A stretch of DNA of 61,722 nucleotides, the filler included, from Dugesia japonica (lineage: Eukaryota), in the NCBI GenBank assembly GCA_001938525.1. It is 5 parts of 5 records of this genome, joined end to end, with 100 filler letters (N's around TTAATTAATTAA, not from the genome) between each part and the next. Parts side by side here need not be neighbours in the genome. Positions count along the whole stretch, not along the records: positions 43,924 to 61,722 come from MQRL01630841.1; 4 more parts are not named here. One strand, written 5' to 3'. A program made the translations under genes and the position numbers. Positions 52,901-61,722 of the stretch are shown here, one piece after another; within the stretch, counting starts at the first letter, position 1, and each line of letters begins with the position of its first letter. The notes under the pieces were generated by a model. The model had not been told where the DNA came from, searched no databases, and was given only the letters and a program-made list of their open reading frames with translations.

Positions 52901-55900
52901 TTTACTCAATGGAATATAGTTATATACTTATATAGTTATATAAGTATATAGTTATAAGTTAATCAATGCTATATAGTTATTATTTTCTCAATGCTATATA
53001 GTATTTATTTACTTATGGCATTATTGTTTGAAGTAACTTATTGAATTAAAGTTTAAAAATACTTAATCCTTTATAGTTATCGGATACTCAATGGTATATA
53101 GTTATAAGTGACTCAATGCTATGTAGTTATTATTTACTCAATTGTATATAGTTATAAGTTACACAATGCTTTATAGTTATTTGTTACTCAATGGTATATA
53201 ATTATACGTTACACAATTCTATATATTTATTATTTACTCAAAAGTATATAGTTATAAGTTTCGTAATGCTATATAGTTATTATTTGCTCAATGCTATATA
53301 GTTATATAAGTATATAGTTATATGTTACCCAATTGTATATAGTTTTATAAGTAAATAGTTATAAGTTACTTTATGCTATATAGTTATTATTTAATCAATG
53401 GTATATAGTTATATGTTACTCAATTCTTTAAAGTTTGAAAATGCTTAATCCTAAATAGTTAATAGTTACTCAATGGTATATAGTTATAAGTTACTCAATG
53501 CTATATAGTTATTATTTACTCAATGTTATATAGTTATAAGTTATTCAATGATATATAGTTATTATTTACTCAATTGTATATAGTTATATACTTATATAGT
53601 TATATAAGTATATAGTTATAATTTACTCAATGTTTTATCGTTAATTTTTACGCAATGGTATATAGTTATACGTTACTCAATGCTATATAAATATAAGTTA
53701 GTCAATTCTTTATAATTATTGTTTTCTCAATAGTATATATTAATAAGTTACTCAATGCTATATAGTTATTATTTACTCAATGGTATATACTTATAAGTTA
53801 CTCAATGCTTTATAGTTATTATTTATTCAATGGTATATAGTTAGTAGTTATTTAATGCTATATTCTTATTATTTACTCAATGCAATATAGTTATATACTT
53901 ATATAGTTATATAAGTATATATTTATACTTTAATCAATGCTATATAGTTATTATTTTCTCAATGCTTAATAGTATGTATTTACTTATGGCTATATTGGTT
54001 TAAGTAACTTATTGATTTAAAGTTTAAAAATACTTAATCCTTTATAGTTATAAGTTACTCAATGGTATATAGTTATAAGTGACTCAATGCTATATAGTTA
54101 TTATTTACTCATTGGTATATAGTTATAAGGTACTCAATGTTTTATAGTTATTATTTACTCATTAGTATATATTTAGATACTTATATAGTTATATAAGTAT
54201 ATAGTTATAAGTTACTTTATGCTATATAGTTATTATTTACTCAATCCTATATAGTAAAAATTTAATAAATGCTATATAGTTATAAGTTACTAAATAATAT
54301 ATATTTATAATTTCACCAATGCTATATCGTTAATCTTTACTCAAAGGTATATAGTTATAAGTTAATCAATGCTATATAGTTATTATTCACTCAATGTTAT
54401 TTAGTTATAAGTTACTTAATGCTTTATAGTCATTATTTTCTTAATGCTATATAGTTATATACTTATATAGTTATATAAGTATATAGTTATAAGTTAATCA
54501 ATGCTATATAGCTATTATTTACTCAATGCTATAAAGTAAGAATACACTTAATACTATATAATTTTAAGTACTCAATGCTATATAGTTATAAGTTTCTCAA
54601 TGCTTTATAGTTATAAGTTACTCAAAGGTAAGTTATAAGTTTCTCAATGCTTTATAATTATACTTTACTCAATCCTTTATAGTTATTATTTACTGAATGG
54701 TATATAGTCATAAGTTACTAAAAGCTATATAGTTATTATTTACTCAATAGTATATAGTGATATTAGTTATAAGTTACTCAATGGTATATAAATATATATT
54801 ACTCAATGCTATTAAGTTATTTTATACACAATGATATATAGTTATACATTACTCAATGCCATTTAGTTATGATTGTCCTAATGCTGTATAATTATAATTT
54901 ATCAATGGTTTTTAATTAAACGTTACACAATGCTATTTAGTTATTATTTACTCAATGGTATATAGTTATAAGTTACTAAATGCTTTATACTTATAAGTTT
55001 CTCAATGCTATCTAGTTATTATTTTTTCAATATTATATAGTAATAAGTTACTCAATATTTAATAGTTATTATTTTCTCAACGGTATATAGTTATATGGTA
55101 CTCAATGCTATATAATTATAAGTTTCATAATTGGTTTATAGTTATAATTTACTCAATGATATACAGTTATTACATACTCAATGATATATAGTTATATGTT
55201 CCTCAATGCTATAAAGTTATTAATTAGTCAATCATATTTAGTTAGTATTTACTCAATGGTATATAGTAATAAGTTACTCAATATTATGTAGTTATTATTT
55301 TTTCAATGGTATATAGTAATAAGTCACTCAATGCTATATAGGCATTATTGGCTCAATGGTATATAGATATAAGGTACTCAATGCTATATAATTATTAGTT
55401 ACTCAATCGTATAAAGTTATAAGTTACTTAATGACATATAGTTATAAGTTACTCAATGTTATGTAGTTATTATTTACTCAATGGTATATAGTTATAAGTT
55501 ACTCAATGCTTTATAGTTATTTGTTACTCAATGGTGTATAATTATAAGTTACTCAATTCTTTATATTTATTATTTACTCAAAAGTATATAGTTATAAGTT
55601 TCTTAATGCTATATAGTTATTATTTACTCAATGCTTTATAGTTATATAAGTATATAGTTATAAGTTACTTTATGCTATATAGTTATTATTTATTCAATGG
55701 TATATAGTTATTTGTTACTCAATTCTTTAAAGTTTGAAAATGCTTAATCCTAAATAGTTATAAGTTACTCAATGGTATATAGTTATAAGTTACTCAATGC
55801 TATATAGTTATTATTTACTCAATGGTATATAGTTATAAGTTACTCAATGCTGTATAGTTATTATTTACTCATTGGTATCCAGTTATATACTTATATAGTT

Positions 55901-58900
55901 ATATAAGTATATAGTTATAAGTTACTCAATGCTATATAGTTATTATTTACTCAATGATATTTAGTTATAAGTGTCCCTATTCCTAATAGTTTTTATTTAC
56001 TTAATGGTATGTAGTTATAAGTTACTCAATGTTATAAAGTTATTATTTACTCAATGGTATATAGTTATAAGTTACTCAATGTTATATAATTATTATTTAC
56101 TCAATGGTATATAGTTATAAGTTACTCAGTGCTATATAGTTATTATTTTCTCAAAGGTTTATAATTATAAATTACTCAATTCTTTTTATTTATTATTTAC
56201 TCAATGGTATATAGTTAAAAGTTTCTTTATTCTATATAGTTATGTTTTCCTCAATGCTATATAGTTATAAGTTACTCAATGCTATCTAATTATTATTTAC
56301 TCAATTTTATATAGTTATTATGTTCTCAATGCTATATTGTTATCATATACACAATTTTTTATAGTTATAAGTTACTCATGGCTATATAGTTATTATTTGC
56401 TCAATGTTATATAGTTATAAGTTACTCAATGCTATATAGTTATTATTTACTCAATGCTATATAGTTATAAGTTATTCAATGCTATATAGGTATTATTTAC
56501 TCAATTGTTTATAGTTATAAGTTACTAAATGCTGTATAATTATTATTTACTCAATGGTTTATAGATATAAATTTCTCAACGCTATATAATTATTATGTAC
56601 TCAATGCTTTATAGTTATAAGTTACTTAATTCTATATAGTTAATTTTTACTCAATGATATATAGTTTTAAGTTACTCAATGCTATATAGTTATCATTTGC
56701 TCAATGGTTTAAATTATAAGTTACTTAATGCTATACAGTTATTATGTTATCAATGGTATATAGTTATAAGTTACTCAATATTCTATATTTATTATTTACT
56801 CAATTCTATGTAGTTATACGTTACTCAACGCTATATAGTTATTATTTACTCAATGGTATATAGTTATAAGTTATTCAATTCTATATAGTTTGTATTTACT
56901 CAATGATTTATAGTTATAATTTAATAAATGCTATATTGTTATTATTTACTCAATTCTTTATTGTAATAGTTTACTCAATGCTATATAGTTTTGAGTTACG
57001 CAATGCTTTATAGTTATACATTACTCAATGTTTTATAGTTATAAGATACTCAATGGTATATAGTTATAAGTTACTTAATGCTATATAGTTAATTTGTACT
57101 CAATGGTAAATAGTTAAAAGTTACTCAATGCTATATATTTATTATTCAATCACTGGTATATAGTTTTAGGTTACTGAATGCTATATAGTTATTATTTACT
57201 CAATGGTATATTGTTATAAGTTACTTAATTCTATATAGTTAATTTGTACTCAATGGTTTATAGTTAAAAGTTACTCAATGCTATATAGTGATTACTCAAT
57301 CAATGGAATATAGTTATAGGTTACTGAATACTTTATAGTTATTATTTAATCAATTGTATATAGTTATATACTTATAAAGTTATATAAGTATGTAGTTATA
57401 ATATACTCAATTCTATATAGTTATTATTTACTCAATGCTGTAGAGTTATAATTTACTTATTGCTATATAGATATATGTTACTCAATGCTATATAGTTATA
57501 AGTTACTTAATGATATATTGTTTTAAGTTACTTAATTGTACATAGGTATATAAGTTTATAGTTATATGTTACTTTATGCTATATAGTTATTATTTAATCA
57601 ATGGTATATAGTTATATGTTACTCAATTCTTTAAAATTTGAAAATGCCTAATCCTAAATAGTTATAAGTTACTCAATGGTATATAGTTATAAGTTACTCA
57701 ATGCTATATAGTTATTATTTACTCAATGGTATATTGTTATAAGTTACTCAATGCTGTATAGTAATTATTTACTCATTGGTATATAGTTATTTATTTATAT
57801 AGTTATATAAGTATATAGTTATAAGTTACTCAATGCTATATAGTTATTATTTACTCAATGGTATATTGTTATAAGTTACTCAATGCTGTATAGTAATTAT
57901 TTACTCATTGGTATATAGTTATTTACTTATATAGTTATTTAAGTATATAGTTATAAGTTACTCAATGCTATATAGTTATTATTTACTCAATGGTATATAG
58001 TTATAAGTGTCCTTATTCCTAATAGTTTTTATTTACTTAATGGTATGTAGTTATAAGTTACTCAATGTTATAAAGTTATTATTTACTCAATGGTATATAG
58101 TTATAAGTTACTCAATGGTATATAGTTATTATTTACTCAATGGTATATAGTGATAAGTTACTCAGTGCTATATAGTTATTATTCCCTCAATGGTTTATAA
58201 TTATAAGTTACTCAATGCTATTTATTTATTATTTACTCAAAGTTATATAGTTATAAGTTACTTAATGCTATATAATTATTATTTACTCAATTTTATATAG
58301 TTATTATGTTCTCATTGCTATATAGTTATCATATTTACAATAGTTTATAGTTATAAGATACTCATGGCTATATAGCTATTATTTGCTCAATGTTATATAG
58401 TTATTATTTACTCAATTGTATATAGTTATAAGTTACTAAATGCTGTATAATTAATTTTTACTCAATGGTTTATAGATATAAATTACTCAACGCTATATAA
58501 TTATTATTTGCCCAATGCTTTATAGTTATAAGTTACTTAATTCTATATAGTTATTATTTACTCAATGGTATGTAGTTATAAGTTACTCAATTCTATATAG
58601 TTATCATTTGCTCAATGGTATATAGTTATAAGTTACTTAATGCTATATAGTTATTATTTTATCAATGCTATATAGTTATAAGTTACTCAACGCTTTATAG
58701 TTATTATTTACTCAATGGTATATAGTTATAAGTTATTCAATTCTATATAGTTGGTATTTACTCAATGCTATATAGTTATAATTTATTAAATGCTATATAG
58801 ATATTATTTACTCAATTCTTTATTGTAATAGTTTACTCAATGCTATATAGTTTTAAGTTACGCAATGCTTTATAGTTATAAGGTTATCAATGCTATTTAG

Positions 58901-59623
58901 TTATAAGATACTCAATGCTATATAGTCATTATTTACTCAATAGTATATAGTTATTAGTTACTTTATACTATATAGTTATTATTTACTCAATGGTATATTG
59001 TTATAAGTTTCTCAATGCTATATAGTTATTATTTACTCAATGGTATATAGTTATTAGTTATTTAATGCTATATAGTAATTTGTTCTTAATCGGTTATAGT
59101 TATAAGTTACTCAATGCTATATCGTTATCATTTTCTTAATTGTATATAGTTAGAAGTTACTCAATGCTCTATATTTATTATTTACTCAATACTTTATAGT
59201 TATAAGTATCTGAACGCTATATAGTTATTACTTGCGTAATGGTATATCGTTATAAGTTACTCAATGCTATATTGTTATTATTTACTCAAGTGTATATAGT
59301 TATTATTTACTCAATGCTATATAATTCATATTTACTCAATGCTATATAGTTATAAGTAACTCAACGCTATATAGTTATTATTTTCTCAATGGTATTTAGT
59401 TATAAGTTACTGAATGCTATATAGTTATTAGTTTCCCAATGGTATATAGTTATAAGACTCCTAATGCTATATAGTTATCATTTGCTCAATGGTATATAGT
59501 TATAAGTTACTCAGTACTATATAGTTATTATTTACTTAATGCTATATCTTATAAGTTACTCGATGCTATATAGTTATTGTTTACTCAATGGTTTATATTT
59601 ATATGTTACTCAATGCTATATAG
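43924..59623. repeat. Satellite array of 25-bp monomers, commonly as a 50-bp dimer CTATATAGTTATTATTTACTCAATG-GTATATAGTTATAAGTTACTCAATG; roughly 600 units; orientation flips at 45435
   Basis: Direct reading; 43924-45434 carries the reverse complement (CATTGAGTAA...AACTATATAG). Confidence 0.98.
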
Positions 59624-59672
59624 AAACACATAATAACAACACATAACAACAATAACAACAATGTTAACGAGA

Positions 59673-60010
59673 TTATTGGTATTTCAACCATGATAAGCAG
59701 TTTTGTTTACAATAAAATGTACATCGATTTTCGTATTGAATTCTATTGTAGACTACTGGCTTCATCAGTTTCGATAGTTGCGATACTAACTTCGCAAGAT
59801 AATTTAATCCTAATGGATCGAATACGAGTATTTGAGCTGGTTTATTGTAAACTGCAATCCAATGTTCTCCACCTAAGCTTGATGTTTGCGTCTTAACGAT
59901 TATGGCACTGTTCACCGGTAGAAACGGGATCTTTGCTAGTGGATAGACACCTAATTACTTTGAGGTGAGCAACTTTGATCCAATTTTTTCAATCTGAATA
60001 GAACTATTAT
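59673..60010 (-). pseudogene. Polinton/Maverick adenain-like cysteine maturation protease
   Basis: SIQIEKIG...K*LGVYPLAKIP...IIVKTQTSSLGGEHWIAVY...VFDPLG...RIQYEN...YCKQNCLSWL: H, D, Q, C in adenain order; one in-frame stop at ~59954-59956. Confidence 0.88.
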
Positions 60011-60083
60011 ATTTAATACATTAATCTTATAAAATACTTTCTTCATATTATTTCGATCATATTACACATGCACGAGATCTTGT

Positions 60084-61304
60084 TTACATAATTATACTTC
60101 TGGCTGCTGTAAGTTGGATTTCACTTTCAAAAACTCCATATTTTATAACATATCCGGACGCTGTCAACGGTTTTGAAAACTTGATATCTATTCTCAACTT
60201 ACCATTTTGCGGCAATTGGCTTTGATTTACATCGAAATCTGGAGCAAGTACAAATGTGAAGAACGGATATTTGTCTTTGAAGTCTGCAAGTGTTATTCCA
60301 CAATTCATATTCTTATCGAGATATCCCATATTTCGAACATTCCTTTGCATATATGTTGTACTATAATTATTGCCATCAAAGTCCTGAGTATATGTTTCTC
60401 GAAAATCTGTGTTTTTNNNNNNNNNNNNNNNNNNNNNNNNNNNNNNNNNNNNNNNNNNNNNNNNNNTCTTTGAAGTCTGCAAGTGTTATTCCCCAATTCA
60501 TATTCTTATCGAGATATCCCATATTTCTAACTATCGACTGTATATATGTTGTATTATAATTATTGCCATCAAAGTCCTGAGTACATGTTTCTCGAAAATC
60601 TGTGTTTTTTGATACCGATACTGAAACAGCATTGAAATATTGAAACGACGAACTTGAGCTTTTATAACTTCCAATGTACTGTTCTGAGCTTAAAAATGTA
60701 ACTAGAATAAATATTGGCAAACGGCTATAACCAAATATCTGCTCCTTATAAAATGATGAACTATCTTTACTAATTGCAAAAGCAACAATTTCCTTGGTTC
60801 TTATAGGATAAATGGCATTTTACTTATTTAGTCCAATTTGATGTCCTGCTAATACTGATGGTCCAACTCAAACACGTCTAACCATAAGTTTTGCATCAAG
60901 CAATGCATATTCAGGCTCCCCAGCGGCTGATTCCAAACATATTTTGGAAGATGCTCTTTTCATTTCAATTTTTACATTAACTCCCGGAATAAGATATTTN
61001 NNNNNNTCCATAAAGTCCAATTGTATTGATCCACATAAAGACAATGGTTTTCTAATATTCTTCTGTCTATCTGCATCAGCTCCATATCTCATAGCTGTAA
61101 GTCATATATTCTTACTATCACAGTTATAATTGATAATTGTTTCAATCAACGCTTTCTGTATATAAGTACCTTTTCCACCTTCGATTCTGTATGAATTAAA
61201 TGATATAATCAAATCTTTAAACAACGTGTAAAACATAAAGTTTGTGGGTATTACATCAGATTTATCTACCAAATCTTTACCATCTTTATCAGTTACTTTT
61301 ACTC
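60084..61304 (-). pseudogene. Polinton/Maverick double-jelly-roll major capsid protein (PY, F54H12.2-like), copy 1, disrupted
   Basis: VKVTDKDG...PTNFMFYTLFKD...TYIQKALIETIINY; LCGSIQLDFM..KYLIPGVNVKIEMKR; LLDAKLMVRRV; AIYPIR; GITLADFKDKYPFFTFVLAPD...GKLRIDIKFSKPL...YGVFESEIQL; stops and N gaps; directly upstream of the protease as in Mavericks. Confidence 0.88.
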
Positions 61305-61354
61305 NNNNNNNNNNNNNNNNNNNNNNNNNNNNNNNNNNNNNNNNNNNNNNNNNN

Positions 61355-61722
61355 CATTTTGCTTATTTAGTCCAATTTGATGTCCTACCAATACTGATGG
61401 TTCAACTCGAACACGTCTAACCATTAGTATTGCATCAAGCAATTCCTATTGAGGCTCTCCAGTGGCTGCTTCCAAACATATTTTGGAAGATGCTCTTTTC
61501 ATTTCAATTTTTACATTAACTCACGGAATAAGATATTTTGGCTGATCCATAAAGTCCAATTGTATTGATCCACATAGAGACTATGGTTTTCTGATATTCT
61601 TCTGTCTATCTGCATCAGCTCCATATCCCATAGCTGTAAGGCATATACTCTTACTATCGCCGTTATAATTGATAATTGTTTCAATCAGCGCTTTCTGTAC
61701 ATAAGTACCATTTCCACCTTCG
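61355..61722 (-). pseudogene. Polinton/Maverick major capsid protein, second divergent copy (partial, runs off the window)
   Basis: Paralogous to 60816-61182 with many substitutions; LDFMDQPKYLIPxVNVKIEMKR...LMVRRVRVEPSVLVGHQIGLNKQN; carries its own stop codons. Confidence 0.85.

Noticed and set aside
43924-59623. CRISPR-like array interpretation of the regular repeats
   Set aside because: No unique spacers; the whole 25-bp unit is repeated with point variants; eukaryotic context and no cas genes.

Overview
Extremely AT-rich eukaryotic (animal) genomic DNA, not prokaryotic. The window is five unrelated scaffolds joined by artificial 100-bp linkers (N44-TTAATTAATTAA-N44 at 10325, 25373, 34932, 43824), so adjacency across those points is meaningless. 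Host genes have mostly very short (~40-55 bp) GT-AG introns: part of an X11/Mint/LIN-10 gene, a complete CIMIP1/C20orf85 ciliary microtubule inner protein gene, a complete TPD52-family gene, the 3' exons of an unidentified low-complexity protein, and a decayed RPS23 duplicate. Much of the rest is transposon debris: Ty3/gypsy gag-protease, pogo/Tigger, Tc1, mariner, plant-type DD39D-like, hAT and piggyBac elements. Two things stand out. (1) A dispersed family of short non-coding fold-back retro-insertions with 11-14 bp target-site duplications, a shared structured 3' tail and minimal hammerhead-ribozyme cores showing compensatory changes (Penelope-like/retrozyme-like); one copy is nested inside a second hammerhead-bearing palindromic family. 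(2) A ~15.7 kb satellite of 25-bp units (50-bp dimer) with an internal inversion and recurrent hairpin variants, which begins ~50 bp after the stop codon of a Polinton/Maverick adenain-like protease lying next to duplicated, decayed major-capsid genes. All assignments come from reading and translating by eye; no searches were run.
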